Assembly: GCA_965199715.1 (NCBI GenBank)
Contig: OZ241322.1
Span: 896,001-960,000 of the forward strand
DNA length: 64,000 bases
Source of the DNA: Vicinamibacteria bacterium
GTDB lineage: Bacteria; Acidobacteriota; Vicinamibacteria; Marinacidobacterales; Marinacidobacteraceae
Direction of reading: 5' to 3'
Positions 47,217-60,851 of this stretch are shown in pieces (the first letter of the stretch is position 1; every line of letters starts with the position of its first letter). Position numbers and translations under genes: made by a program. The notes beneath the pieces are model-generated. The model saw only the letters and a list, made by a program, of their open reading frames with translations, was not told where the DNA came from and did not search any database.

Positions 47217-47739
47217 GCATGGTCAACACGCAGCTCAGCCGATTTCCGTGCGCGAAAAAGGCGAATTGGGGAAAACTTTCTTCGCTGGCGGCTCGTCTCG
47301 GTCGTGCGCCGTCGCGTTCGGGGGAGGCCGAACGGGACGATCCAGCCGAGAAGCGGGATCCGCGCGCTGATCCAATCGCCGCGCCGGTCCGCGCTTCGAG
47401 GTCGTCGAGGCGACTGTCGATCGGACGAGGCGGGCTTCGACGCGCTCGTGCGTTCGGGGCGGCTTGGGTGAGTTCTTCGGGGCCTCGGCGTTCCGGTCCC
47501 GGACCGCTCCCACGACCACGGCGAGCGGCAGCCCGATCGTCAGCCCTGCAACGACATGCGCGACGCGCTCGACCCACTCGAAGAGCGCATCCGAACCCGA
47601 GCCGGACGTCAGGTTCCGGCTCCGGCCGCCGCGGCGGCGAGGAACGCGAATCCGGCGAGCCCCGCCGGGCGTGCGCGAGACGTTCAGCAGCGACCATCCC
47701 CATGACCTCCGACCGTGAGGATGGCCGGTCGGCGGGACG

Positions 47740-49926
47740 CTACAGGCGGAAGAGGTAGTTGAACTTCAGCGAGAGGCTGCGGTTGCGGACGAAGAAGGAC
47801 TCGGCCCATTCGTCCAGCTCGGTGTACACGAGGAACACGTCGGCGCCCGGCTTCGGAATCCAGTTGAACCGGACGTTCGAGGCGAGGTCGCCGGTGGCCT
47901 CGTTGTACTGGAACAGCCCGAGCAGGATCACGTCGTTGCGGAAGGCGAGCTGCATGCGGGTCGAGACGAGGTGGGTGTTCAGGTCGCCGCCGGGGAGGCG
48001 GAGCCGGTTGTACGAGTAGTTCGTCCGCACGCCGAGGTTGCGGTTGACCCGGTAGTTGGTCCCCACCGACCAGATGTCCCGCGTGCCGCCCCAGAACCCG
48101 CCGAACTCGTAGGAGGCGTTCAGGATGGCGTAGCGGCGGCGGAAGGTGTTGACGCCGAACTGGTAGCGGCGGAAGGGGTAGGTCCCCGCGGGGATCGCGA
48201 CGTCCTGGATCGCGTGATCCTCGGTGGTGAACTCGTACTGGTCCACGAACTCGAAGGACAGCTCGTCGCCGCTCTCGAAGGTCGCGCGGGCGCTGGCCTG
48301 GGTGCGGCGGGTCTCGAGGACCGCGGCGAGGTTCGCGGTCCGGTTCTGGTTGGCGGTGAAGTGAAGCTGCCGCATCCACGGCGCGGACGGACGCGGGGAG
48401 TAGCGGGCCTGGAGGTAGGTCTTGCGGATCCCCGCGCGGCGGACGAACCCGACGCCGGGGTCGAAGTTCTCGCCGATCCGGATGTGCTTCGCGATCCCGC
48501 CCCAAGTGTCGGTGTCGAGCGTGAGCCGGCCGCTCGCGACCCCCGACTTGCCCCGGTCGGCGCCCTCGTCGAGCCCCGCGAGCAGCCCCTGGAAGGTCCA
48601 GACGTCGCGGAAGTAGAGGTTCGTGTCCACGCCGGCCACCCGGTTGAAGCCGAGGTCGCTGCTGCGGTCGGTGAACACCGCGCCGATCGTGGAGCGGGAC
48701 CAGACGTCCCGCCGCACGCGCGCCACGGTGAAGCGCTCGCCCGGCGCGCCGCCGTGCGCCCCGGTGGCCATCCCCATGAGGCCGAGCGCGTAGGCTCCCT
48801 GCCGCCCGGACATGCGGGCGCCGCCGAGGATGGGGATGGGCTCGCCGCCGTCCGAAAGGCCGATCCGCCGGGTGAAGACGACGTCCACGTCCCGGACCTC
48901 GCCGAACTCGAAGTTCCGCTGCCCCTCGAGGAAAATCTGGCGCTTCTCCGGAAACCGCAGCGAGAAGCGGGTGAAGTTCTGCTGGAGGTCGTCCACCTCG
49001 GCCTGCGCGAAGTCGGTGTTCAGGGTGAAGTCGGCGGTCAGGCCCGGGGTCACGCCCCACTTCACGTCGAGCCCGCCGTCGGTCTCGCGGGGCTCGCCGT
49101 CGAACTCGCCGCCGCCCCGGGCCGAGCCGAGGCCCCACGGGCGGATCTCCACGTTGCGGCCCGGCCGGACGTCGGCCATGCCGACGAGCTGGCCGAGCTC
49201 GGACGGGCGGTACCAGGTCGAGTCGTTGGGGACGAAGGGCCAGTACACCTCCTCGTTCTTCGAGGGGATGTTGCGCTTGAAGCCGACCCCGAAGGCGACC
49301 GGGGCGCCCGGCTCGGGGGCGCGGAAGCGAAGCGACTTGAGCGGGATGCGGACCTCGGCGGTCCAGCCGCCGGGGGTCGTGGCGCCCCGCGATTCCCAGA
49401 CCGTGTCCCAGTCGAGGTTGCGGGTCTCCGGCCCCTGCCCGTTCTGGCTCATGTCGAACAGGACGCCGTTCGAGTTGGTCGCGAGGAAGACGGCGCTGCG
49501 CTGGGCGTTGTAGGCGTCCAGCATGATCGCGACCGCGTCGTCGCTGCCGATGTTCTCGTCGCGGAACATGGTGCGGGGGCGGTTCTTCTCGGCGTCGGCG
49601 ATCGTGCAGAAGAAGCTGAAGTAGATGTTCTCGTCGTCGAAGAGCGCGCGGACCACGGTGGTCTCGGTCGAGGGGAGGCCCTCGAAGCTCTCGCGCTGGT
49701 AGAAGTCGCCGATGGGGCGGGCGCGCTCCCACGCGGCCTCGTCCAGCCGGCCGTCCACGACGACCGGCTCGTCGGTGCGCTCGGCGTGGAGCGTCCAGTC
49801 GCGGTCGGAGAGCGCGGCGACGCGGGCCTCGCGGTCCATTTCCCGGAGCTGGCCGGGCGAGGGGCTGGTCGGCGGCGGGAGCGCGAGCTGGGCGACGGCC
49901 AGCAGGACGGGCGCGGCCGGGCTCAT
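47740..49926 (-). CDS. CBM9-like/DUF5916 outer-membrane protein
   Basis: VDGRLDEAAW, GWTAEVRIPLKSLRF, NTDFAQAEVD, FPEKRQ.FLEG, C-terminal LKFNYLFRL. Confidence 0.85.
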   Translation of the reverse strand: MSPAAPVLLAVAQLALPPPTSPSPGQLREMDREARVAALSDRDWTLHAERTDEPVVVDGRLDEAAWERARPIGDFYQRESFEGLPSTETTVVRALFDDENIYFSFFCTIADAEKNRPRTMFRDENIGSDDAVAIMLDAYNAQRSAVFLATNSNGVLFDMSQNGQGPETRNLDWDTVWESRGATTPGGWTAEVRIPLKSLRFRAPEPGAPVAFGVGFKRNIPSKNEEVYWPFVPNDSTWYRPSELGQLVGMADVRPGRNVEIRPWGLGSARGGGEFDGEPRETDGGLDVKWGVTPGLTADFTLNTDFAQAEVDDLQQNFTRFSLRFPEKRQIFLEGQRNFEFGEVRDVDVVFTRRIGLSDGGEPIPILGGARMSGRQGAYALGLMGMATGAHGGAPGERFTVARVRRDVWSRSTIGAVFTDRSSDLGFNRVAGVDTNLYFRDVWTFQGLLAGLDEGADRGKSGVASGRLTLDTDTWGGIAKHIRIGENFDPGVGFVRRAGIRKTYLQARYSPRPSAPWMRQLHFTANQNRTANLAAVLETRRTQASARATFESGDELSFEFVDQYEFTTEDHAIQDVAIPAGTYPFRRYQFGVNTFRRRYAILNASYEFGGFWGGTRDIWSVGTNYRVNRNLGVRTNYSYNRLRLPGGDLNTHLVSTRMQLAFRNDVILLGLFQYNEATGDLASNVRFNWIPKPGADVFLVYTELDEWAESFFVRNRSLSLKFNYLFRL

Positions 49927-50895
49927 TCAGCCGATCGCGAATCCCGACGCGATTTCCATGAACCAGGGCTCGACGCCGCGGTAGAGCGTGTTCTGGCAGT
50001 GGAAGCGGAACAGATACGTATAGCCGCCCGCCGCCTTGTAGATCACCCACTCGAGGAAGTCGGCGTGCTGGGTCTCGACCGCGTAGAGCACCGCGATCCC
50101 GCCGTCGTCGAGGACGTCGTGGCGGAGCATCCGGTAGCTGTCGCCGAGCGTCTCCACCTCCGCCGCGTAGAACGCCTCGAGCGAGGAGTCGGGGAGCGCG
50201 CGGCGGACGGTCACGTCGAGCGTGGCGTGCACGCTCGCGCCGTTCGCGTCCACGGCGAGCGGGCCGCTGCGGAAGCCGACGACGAGGCTCTCGGCGCCCT
50301 GCTTGAGCACGTGGGAGCGGGTCCAGCTCTCCGGGTAGGGCACCACGAGGCCGAAGTCGTCGTCGGCCCAGGCGTCGAAGAACTCGAGCGACTCGACCGC
50401 GAAGTCCTCGTAGATCGTGTCGAGGATGGAGCCGTAGGCGAGCACGCTGCGGGCCTCGCCGGTCGTGTACACGCCGTAGAGCGTGCCGGCGACGTCGGCG
50501 AGCAGGAGCCGGCCCGACTGCGGGCGGCGCTCCCACTCGAAGGTCCAGACCGCGCCCTCGTGGCCGCCGGCGCTCCAGGGGGCCTCGGAGAGCACCGAGT
50601 GCTCGCCCATGTAGAACTGGTCCGCGACCTCGCGCAGGCTCTGGCCGGTCGGGAGCGGGCCGGCCATGACCTGGATCTGGATGCCGTCGCGCTCGGGGAT
50701 GTCCACCGAGGGACCGGTGAAGGTGGCCATGCGGTAGCCGCCCTGCCGGCTCGTCGCGGACGACCAGCCCCGGGGGAGCGGCAGCGACACGCCGACCTCG
50801 GGGGCGTACACGGTGATGAGGTCCGGCCGGCCGGAGAGGTCGGCGAGGCAGCTTCCGGACGCCAGCAGGACGGCGGCGGCGGCGAGAAACCTCAT
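49927..50895 (-). CDS. Hypothetical exported protein/lipoprotein with two PsbP-like halves
   Basis: Signal ending in SGSC; GVSLPLPRGW and FGLVVPYPESW start two similar halves. Confidence 0.6.
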   Translation of the reverse strand: MRFLAAAAVLLASGSCLADLSGRPDLITVYAPEVGVSLPLPRGWSSATSRQGGYRMATFTGPSVDIPERDGIQIQVMAGPLPTGQSLREVADQFYMGEHSVLSEAPWSAGGHEGAVWTFEWERRPQSGRLLLADVAGTLYGVYTTGEARSVLAYGSILDTIYEDFAVESLEFFDAWADDDFGLVVPYPESWTRSHVLKQGAESLVVGFRSGPLAVDANGASVHATLDVTVRRALPDSSLEAFYAAEVETLGDSYRMLRHDVLDDGGIAVLYAVETQHADFLEWVIYKAAGGYTYLFRFHCQNTLYRGVEPWFMEIASGFAIG

Positions 50896-50897
50896 GG

Positions 50898-52345
50898 CTA
50901 CTCCAGCCGATAGTTCGGGGCTTCCTTGGTGACGACGACGTCGTGCGCGTGGCTCTCGCGCTGGCCGGCGCCGGTGACCCGGATGAACTCGGCGTTCGCC
51001 TGGAGCTCGGGGACGGTGCGGCAGCCGGCGTAGCCCATGCCGGCGCGCAGCCCGCCGATCAACTGATCCACGACGCCGAGCAGCGGTCCCTTGGTGGGCA
51101 CGCGGCCCTCGATGCCCTCGGGGACCAGTTTCGACCGGGGCTGGCCGGCCTGCGCGTAGCGGTCGGCGGCGCCGGCGTGCATCGCGCCGAGCGAACCCAT
51201 GCCGCGGTAGGTCTTGAAGGCGCGGCCCTGGTAGAGGATCGTCTCGCCGGGGCTCTCGTCGGTCCCGGCGAGCAGGTTGCCGACCATGACCGAGTCGGCG
51301 CCCGCGCCGACGGCCTTGACGAGGTCGCCGCTGAAGCGGACGCCGCCGTCGGCGATGACCGGGACTTCGGCCGCCGCGCTCACCTCCATGATCGCCGAGA
51401 CCTGCGGCATGCCGGTTCCGGCGACGACGCGGGTGGTGCAGATGGAGCCCGGCCCCATGCCGACCTTGAGTCCGTCCGCGCCGGCGCTCGCGAGGTCGCG
51501 GGCGGCGGCCGCGGTGGCGATGTTGCCGGCGACGAGATCGACCGAGTCGGGGAGTTCCCGGCGGAGGCGGGCGACGGCGTCGAGGCAGCTCTTCGTATGG
51601 CCGTGCGCGGTATCGACCACGATCGCGTCCACGTCGCGCTCGACGAGCCGGCGAGCGCGCTCGATCCCGGCGTCGCCCGCGCCGGTGGCGGCGGCGCAGC
51701 GGAGCCGCCCGAGGCGGTCCTTGGTCGCGTTCGGGTAGTTGCGGGCCTTCTGGATGTCCTTCACCGTGAGGAGGCCGACGAGCGTGCCCGCGGCGTCCAC
51801 GACGGGCAGCTTCTCGACGCGGCGCTCGTGGAGCGTGCGCCGCGCGTCCTCGAGCGTCGCGCCCTCGGGCGCGGTCGCCGGGTTCGGGGTCATGAGGTCG
51901 CGGACGAGGAGCTCGGCCGAAGGCTCGAAGCGCAGGTCGCGGCTGGTCAGGATGCCCACGAGCTTGCCGCCCCGGATCACCGGAAGCCCGGAGATCCCCT
52001 GGCGCTCCATGAGCGCCCGCGCCTCGCCGACCGAGGTCTCGGGGGCCACGGTCACCGGATCCACGACCATGCCGCTTTCCGACCGCTTCACCTTGGCGAC
52101 CTCCTCGGCCTGGCGCTGCGGGGTCAGGTTGCGGTGGATGACGCCGATCCCGCCGGCCTGGGCGATCGCGATCGCGAGCCGGGCCTCGGTGACGGTGTCC
52201 ATCGCGGCGCTCACGACCGGGGCCTGGAGCGGGATGCGGCGGCTGAACCGGGTGCGGAGGTCCGCTTCCGCGGGCAGGACCGCCGAGAAGCGCGGGCGCA
52301 GGAGGACGTCGTCGAAGGTGAGCGTCAGCGGGGGCGCGGATCCGG

Positions 52346-52349
<4 letters not shown>
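50898..52349 (-). CDS. guaB: IMP dehydrogenase
   Basis: [20 protein letters not shown] pair, [22 protein letters not shown]. Confidence 0.97.
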
Positions 52350-55072
<2,723 letters not shown>

Positions 55073-55119
55073 GGAATGGCTGCGGAGTCTAGTGCGGCGG
55101 CGGGGGGATCGGCGGGGCG

Positions 55120-56040
55120 TCAGCCCGGCGTGGGGGCGGGCCTCGGGGCGAGCGCGTAGTCCACGATGAAGTCGAGCGGATTGCGCGCCCGGCCGTCCAC
55201 CCAGATCTCGTAATGGAGGTGGGGGGCGCGGCTTCGGCCGGTGTTGCCGACGGCTCCGAGAACCTGCCGGCGGCGCAGGCGCTGGCCGCTGCGGACGTCG
55301 ATGCGCGAGAGGTGCGCGTAGCGGGTCACGACCCCGAATCCGTGGGAGACGACGACGTGCTTTCCGAAGGTGGGCGAGGAGCCGGTCTCGAGCACCGTCC
55401 CGTCGGCGGTGGCCCGCACCGCAACGCCGACGTTCGTCGAGACGTCGAGCCCGTGGTGCCACTCGATCGCGCCGGTGAACGGATCCGGGCGCCTGCCGTA
55501 GCCCGACGAGACGTAGCCCCGGACCGGCCAGATCGTGGGGGTCGAGGCCATCAGCAGGCTCCTTTCCCGCAGCACCCGCTCGAGCGCGACGCCCTGCTCG
55601 TCGAGGCGGGCGAGGCGCGAGGAGAGTTCGTCGATGCGGGCGCTCACGTAGTCGAAGCCGGTCGCGGCCGAAGACGCGCCGCCGAGGCCCTCCAACTGGC
55701 GCTCGACCGGCTCGGCGCCGGCGAGGACCGCGAGGCGGCGGAGCTGCACCTCGATCCCCTCGATCTGGTTCGCGAGCCGCTCGGCCTCGCGGGCGTGCTC
55801 GGCGCCCTGGTTCCGCAGGCTCTCCCGCTCGCGCGCCAGCTCGCGGTCGTACGCGCCGCCGCGCAGGATCAGCCAGCCGTGGTGGCCGAGCTGCAGGACC
55901 GCGAGGGCCGCCGCGACCCGGACCGCGAGGCCGAGCCAGCGGGGCGTCCGGAACTGGCCCGGACCGCCGCCGCCCGGCGGATGGACGGCGATCAGCGTTC
56001 TGGCGGGGAGCTTGAAGCACTGGAACGCCCGCATGGTCAT
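55120..56040 (-). CDS. M23-family peptidase
   Basis: HHGLD, TRYAHL, HLHYE; N-terminal TM and coiled coil. Confidence 0.9.
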   Translation of the reverse strand: MTMRAFQCFKLPARTLIAVHPPGGGGPGQFRTPRWLGLAVRVAAALAVLQLGHHGWLILRGGAYDRELARERESLRNQGAEHAREAERLANQIEGIEVQLRRLAVLAGAEPVERQLEGLGGASSAATGFDYVSARIDELSSRLARLDEQGVALERVLRERSLLMASTPTIWPVRGYVSSGYGRRPDPFTGAIEWHHGLDVSTNVGVAVRATADGTVLETGSSPTFGKHVVVSHGFGVVTRYAHLSRIDVRSGQRLRRRQVLGAVGNTGRSRAPHLHYEIWVDGRARNPLDFIVDYALAPRPAPTPG

Positions 56041-56423
56041 GGATTTCCGGCGGAGTTTATGGCGTCGGCGTCAGATCGTGTCAAGCGGAGCCGCGGAAGG
56101 TCCTCGTTTCCGAACGCGACGGACTCGCCGGCGAGGATGCGTTCCGTCTTGGCGAGCGCCGAGCGCACCGGCTCGAGAAGGCCGTCGGAGTCCACCGGGA
56201 GCGGGACCTCCTCGATCAGCCGCAGGCCCTGCGAGAGAAGGCTGCGGGCGCCGGGAAAGCTGGACGTCCGGAGGTGGTGCATGCCCGCCGCGACGAAGAT
56301 GAGCGCCTTGAGCGCGGTCCGCTTCGGGCCGCGCGCGCCCGCCCATTCTTCCTCGAGCGCGTCGTGGCGCGCGTAGTACTGCTTCGCGTTGAAGAGGCGC
56401 GCGGCCTCGGCGAGGGGATCCAC
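56037..56423 (-). CDS. DUF309 domain protein
   Basis: LFN...[18 protein letters not shown]. Confidence 0.75.
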   Translation of the reverse strand: MDPLAEAARLFNAKQYYARHDALEEEWAGARGPKRTALKALIFVAAGMHHLRTSSFPGARSLLSQGLRLIEEVPLPVDSDGLLEPVRSALAKTERILAGESVAFGNEDLPRLRLTRSDADAINSAGNP

Positions 56424-56473
56424 TCGGGGAGGCCAGCGGCGGTTAGGATTCCGGCGACCCTTCCGGGATCGCC

Positions 56474-57205
56474 ATGGACCTCCTCTCCCTGCTCACGGCC
56501 GCCGGGGCCGGCGTGATCTCGTTCCTTTCGCCGTGCGTGCTGCCGCTCGTGCCCGGCTACATCTCGTTCGTCTCGGGCACGTCGCTGACCGAGCTGGGAG
56601 AGGCGAAGGATTCGCGCGAGACCCGCGAGCGCCGGCGGCGGGTGATCGTGAACACGCTCGCGTTCGTGATCGGGTTCTCCATCGTCTTCGTGGCGATGGG
56701 CGCGTCGGCGACCTACGCCGGCCAGTGGCTCGCCGCGAACCGGCGGTGGCTCGCGTGGATCGCGGGAACCGTCATCGTGATCTTCGGGCTGCACACGATG
56801 GGCGTGTTCCGCATCCCGTTCCTCGACGTCGAGAAGCGGGTGCACGCGACGACCCAGCCGGCCACGCTGTTCGGCTCGTTCGGGATCGGCCTCGCGTTCG
56901 CGTTCGGCTGGTCGCCGTGCATCGGACCCATCCTCGCCACGGTGCTCGTCGTCGCCGCGAGCCACGAGACCGTCGGTCAGGGGGTCGCGCTGCTGACCGC
57001 GTACTCGCTCGGCCTCGGCGCGCCGTTCCTGCTGACCGGGATCGCGGTGGACCGGTTCCTCGCCGTGTCGTCGGCGATGAAGCGGCGGATGCAGCTCGTG
57101 GAGCGGATCGCCGGCGGTCTGTTGATCGTCATCGGCGTGCTCGTCTTCACCGACAGCCTGCAGGCGTTGTCGCAGTACCTGACGTTCCTGCCCGTGCTTG
57201 GTTGA
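56474..57205 (+). CDS. ccdA: Cytochrome c biogenesis protein CcdA
   Basis: SFLSPCVLPLVPGY and FGWSPCIGPIL. Confidence 0.93.
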   Translation: MDLLSLLTAAGAGVISFLSPCVLPLVPGYISFVSGTSLTELGEAKDSRETRERRRRVIVNTLAFVIGFSIVFVAMGASATYAGQWLAANRRWLAWIAGTVIVIFGLHTMGVFRIPFLDVEKRVHATTQPATLFGSFGIGLAFAFGWSPCIGPILATVLVVAASHETVGQGVALLTAYSLGLGAPFLLTGIAVDRFLAVSSAMKRRMQLVERIAGGLLIVIGVLVFTDSLQALSQYLTFLPVLG

Positions 57206-57207
57206 CC

Positions 57208-57588
57208 ATGACTTCGATCCTGATCCCGCTGTTTCTCCTCGCGCCCGCCCAGCGCGACGAATGGGCCGTGCCGGAGGAGGCGCGGGCGATCCCGAACCCG
57301 GTCGCCGCCGGCGCCGACGCGGTCGCGAGCGGCGAGGAGCACTACCGCCGGCGCTGCGAGTCGTGCCACGGGGAGTCGGGGAAGGGCGACGGGCCGGCCA
57401 CCCGGTTCGTGAAGCCGGCGCCGGCGGACATCTCCACCGCCGAGGCGCGGGACCGGATGACCGACGGCGAGATCTTCTACAAGATCACCGAGGGCAAGAA
57501 GCCGATGCCGGGCATGGCCCGCACGCTCACCGAGGAGGAGCGGTGGCAGGTCGTCCACTTCCTGCGCGCGCTCCAGCCGCCCCGCTGA
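57208..57588 (+). CDS. Monoheme c-type cytochrome
   Basis: CESCH heme motif, G.GDGP, TDGEIFYKI, MP axial Met. Confidence 0.9.
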   Translation: MTSILIPLFLLAPAQRDEWAVPEEARAIPNPVAAGADAVASGEEHYRRRCESCHGESGKGDGPATRFVKPAPADISTAEARDRMTDGEIFYKITEGKKPMPGMARTLTEEERWQVVHFLRALQPPR

Positions 57589-57604
57589 GGGGGAGGGCCA
57601 CGAC

Positions 57605-58123
57605 ATGCGATTCGCTTTCCCCGCGCTCCTGCTCGCCGGCACCGCATGCGTCGCGCCTCCGCCCGAGGGCGGCGGCCCCGGCGGGGGCCTCGTCGCCGAG
57701 GCGCCCGACCTGAACCTGCCGACGGCGGACGGGACCGGGTCCGTGAGCCTGCGGGGCGACGGCGGCGGCAAGGTGGTGCTCGTGGACCTGTGGGCGACGT
57801 GGTGCGTGCCCTGCGTGGCCGAACTGCCGCACCTCCAGAAGCTCTCCGAGAGCCTCCCCGAGGAGGACTTCCTGATGCTCGGGATCGTGCTCGAGTCGGG
57901 CTCCGACGAGGACGTCGCCGAGTTCGTGGCCGAGCACGGGCTCACCTACCCGAACGTGATGGGCGGCGACTCCGACCGGGACTCGTTCGGGCCGTTCCTC
58001 GGCTATCCGACGAAGTACCTGATCGGGCGGGACGGAAAGCTCGTGAAGCGGTATTTCGGCGCCGTGGGGGATCTCCTCGACGCCGAAATCGGCCAGCTCA
58101 TCGAGACGGGCGCGATCGACTAG
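57605..58123 (+). CDS. TlpA/ResA-family thiol-disulfide oxidoreductase lipoprotein
   Basis: Lipobox GTAC; WATWCVPC; YPT cis-Pro loop. Confidence 0.9.
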   Translation: MRFAFPALLLAGTACVAPPPEGGGPGGGLVAEAPDLNLPTADGTGSVSLRGDGGGKVVLVDLWATWCVPCVAELPHLQKLSESLPEEDFLMLGIVLESGSDEDVAEFVAEHGLTYPNVMGGDSDRDSFGPFLGYPTKYLIGRDGKLVKRYFGAVGDLLDAEIGQLIETGAID

Positions 58124-59433
58124 GGAGCCTTCTCGAGCTCGAGCCGCCCTTCGGAGGCGGCCACCACCGAGGCGACGGTGAGGTCGCCGGTGACGTTCGT
58201 CGAGGTGCGGATCATGTCGAGGATGCGGTCCACCCCGAGGATGAGGGCCACGCCCTCGGTGGGCACGCCGATCGCCTGCAGGATGATGACCAGCATGATG
58301 AGGCCGGCGCCGGGGACGGCGGCGCTGCCGATGGAGGCGAGCACCGCGGTCAGCAGGATGACGATCTGGCCCTCGAGCCCGATCGGGATCGCGAGCGACT
58401 GGGCGATGAAGATCGCGGCCACGCCTTGGTAGAGCGCGGTGCCGTCCATGTTGACGGTGGCCCCGAGCGGCAGCACGAACGAGGAGACCTCCTCGTGGAC
58501 GCCCAGCTTGGTCTGGGCCTGGCTCATGGTCACCGGCAGGGTCGCGCCGCTGGAGCTCGTGGAGAAGGCCACGAGCTGGACCGGAGCGGCGGCGCGGAAG
58601 AAGCGGCGCAGCCCGATCGGGCTGAAGAAGCGCAGCACCAGCGGATAGACCACGAACATCTGGGTCAGGAGGCCGCCGATGACCACGACGCAGTAGAAGC
58701 CGAGCGCCCCGAGCAGCGTGAGCACGTCGCCCGGGTCGTCGCCCGCCATGCCGGTGATCGCCCCCGCCAGCAGCGCGAACACCCCGAGCGGGGCGAAGCG
58801 CATGATGAGGTGGACGAACTCCACGACCACCGCCTCGAGCGCCTTGAAGAACCCGATCAGGGGGGCGGCGGTCCGGCCCGGGATACGGATGATCGCCACC
58901 CCCACCATGAGCGCCACGAACACGATCTGGAGCATGTTCCGGTTGCTGGAGGCGGCGGAGACCACGTTCGCGGGGACGATGTCGGTGAGCATCGACAGCG
59001 GGCCCCGGCTGTCGGTCATCGCGGCGGCCTGGCCGGCCCGGTCGTCCGCGGCCGTCTCGTAGCGCTCGCGCAGCTCCGACTGCATCGTCTCGGGCACCTG
59101 GTCGCCCGGGCGCAGGAGGTTCGCGTAGGCGAGGCCGATGGTCGCCGCGATCGCGGTCGTGACGATGTACACCGCGAGCGTCTTGCCGCCCATCCGGCTG
59201 ACCTTGCGCAGGTCGTTCAGGGAGGCGACGCCCACGATCAGGGTGGCGAGCACGAGCGGGACGGCGATCAACTGGAGCCCGCTGATGAAGAGCGTGCCGA
59301 ACGGCGCGATCCAGTCGGCCGTGAAGGATCCCCAGCCGGCGGCGGCGGCCACGACGCCGTACGCGACGCCGAGCGCGAGGCCCAGCATGATCTGGATCCA
59401 TAGGACGCGGTACCAGGGGGTCTTTTCGGTCAT
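58120..59433 (-). CDS. Dicarboxylate/amino acid:cation symporter (GltP family)
   Basis: FSTSSSGATLP, TVNMDGTALY, DRILDMIRT..NVTGD. Confidence 0.95.
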   Translation of the reverse strand: MTEKTPWYRVLWIQIMLGLALGVAYGVVAAAAGWGSFTADWIAPFGTLFISGLQLIAVPLVLATLIVGVASLNDLRKVSRMGGKTLAVYIVTTAIAATIGLAYANLLRPGDQVPETMQSELRERYETAADDRAGQAAAMTDSRGPLSMLTDIVPANVVSAASSNRNMLQIVFVALMVGVAIIRIPGRTAAPLIGFFKALEAVVVEFVHLIMRFAPLGVFALLAGAITGMAGDDPGDVLTLLGALGFYCVVVIGGLLTQMFVVYPLVLRFFSPIGLRRFFRAAAPVQLVAFSTSSSGATLPVTMSQAQTKLGVHEEVSSFVLPLGATVNMDGTALYQGVAAIFIAQSLAIPIGLEGQIVILLTAVLASIGSAAVPGAGLIMLVIILQAIGVPTEGVALILGVDRILDMIRTSTNVTGDLTVASVVAASEGRLELEKAP

Positions 59434-60842
59434 GAGGCGGGAGCGGGCCGGCGGCCCCGGAGGAAGAAGCGGCCGAGGCGGCCGGGACGGGAGAGACGGA
59501 TGGGAGGCAGGGCGCCGGTTTCCTTCGGATTGGCCTCGACCTGGATGACCGCGTCGCCGGAAAGGATCAGCAGCAGGTCGTCCCCGAGGATCCGGCGGCG
59601 GAAGCCGCGCAGCGGGCGGATCGACGAGGGCGGGTTCGGGTAGGTCGAGGCGATGACCCGAAGCTCTTCGGCGGTGGCCAGCAATTCCGGCGCCACGCCG
59701 TGCTCGCTGGCGCGCAGCTTCAACCAGGTCTCCAGCAGCAGCGCGAGCGACTCGGGGGCGGCGCGCCGCTCGGTCTTCCCGACTCCGGTGAACGGGATGG
59801 GATTCGCCGCGCCGGCATGGATCTCCTTGAGCAGGGCCGCGCCGCTGCGCGAGAGCACCGCGCGGGCGTGCTGGGCGGTCTTCTGGTCCACCTTGCCGGA
59901 CCGGCGGCCGCTTTCCCGGTACGGCTGCATCATCGCGTCCACGGTCTTCGGCTGCCGCCGGGCGAGGTCGCGCAACACCCCGTCCCGGAGCACCCAGGTC
60001 CGGGGCCGGTTGCCGGTGCGCGCGCGCCGCTCGCGCCAGGAGGCGAGCGCCCGCAGCGAACCCCGTTGCGACTCGGTGAAGCCGGGCTGGTCGAGGTTCC
60101 GGTAGTGCTCGTCCTCGGGCTCGAGGCCGTAGGACGCCGGGTCGCCGAGGGGCTTCATCTCCTGCTCGATCCAGTCGAGGCGGGAAAGCGACCGGGCGCG
60201 GCCGAGGAGCTTCTCGCGCAGTCGCAGCAGGTAGCGGACGTCGGCGATCGCGTACTCCACCTGCCGGGCGGAAAGCGGCCGCCGGAGCCAGTCGGACATC
60301 TGCTCGTTCTTGGAGATCTCGCGCCCGACGAAGCCGGCGACGAGGGCGCGCAGCGCGATCTGGACGCGCTTGCCGTGCCCGATCACCGCCGCCGCGACCT
60401 GGGTGTCGAAGACGTTCTTCGGGACGACCCCGGCGAGCGAGTGGAAGATGTCGAAGTCGTGCTTGCCCGAGTGGACGACCTTGAGCACCTTCTCGTCGGC
60501 GACGAGCTCGAAGATGGGCGCGAGGTCCTTGACGGCGAGCGGATCGACCACGGCCTCGACCTCGTCGGTCGCCAGTTGGACGAGGCCGAGCTCGGGGAAG
60601 AAGCGGTTCTCGGGGATGAACTCGGTGTCGAGCGCGACCGCCCCCCGGGCGCGGACGTGCGCGGCGAGCCCGGCGAGGGCTTCGGCGTCCTCGATCAGGC
60701 GGACGGAGCCGTAGTCCGGGGGTTCGGCGGGCTCGACGCGGTCAGCGGCGCCCTTCCCCGGGGTGCGCCGCGCGGAGCGGCCCGTCTCGTCTCCCAAGAA
60801 TCCTCTGTGGCCGGCGGAAGCATACCGGCCGTCGTTTACCAT
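59430..60842 (-). CDS. rnd: Ribonuclease D
   Basis: ALDTEF, FDTQVA, DW..RPL....YA..DV, HRDC domain; start uncertain. Confidence 0.88.
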   Translation of the reverse strand: MVNDGRYASAGHRGFLGDETGRSARRTPGKGAADRVEPAEPPDYGSVRLIEDAEALAGLAAHVRARGAVALDTEFIPENRFFPELGLVQLATDEVEAVVDPLAVKDLAPIFELVADEKVLKVVHSGKHDFDIFHSLAGVVPKNVFDTQVAAAVIGHGKRVQIALRALVAGFVGREISKNEQMSDWLRRPLSARQVEYAIADVRYLLRLREKLLGRARSLSRLDWIEQEMKPLGDPASYGLEPEDEHYRNLDQPGFTESQRGSLRALASWRERRARTGNRPRTWVLRDGVLRDLARRQPKTVDAMMQPYRESGRRSGKVDQKTAQHARAVLSRSGAALLKEIHAGAANPIPFTGVGKTERRAAPESLALLLETWLKLRASEHGVAPELLATAEELRVIASTYPNPPSSIRPLRGFRRRILGDDLLLILSGDAVIQVEANPKETGALPPIRLSRPGRLGRFFLRGRRPAPAS

Positions 60843-60851
60843 CGCGGGGAC

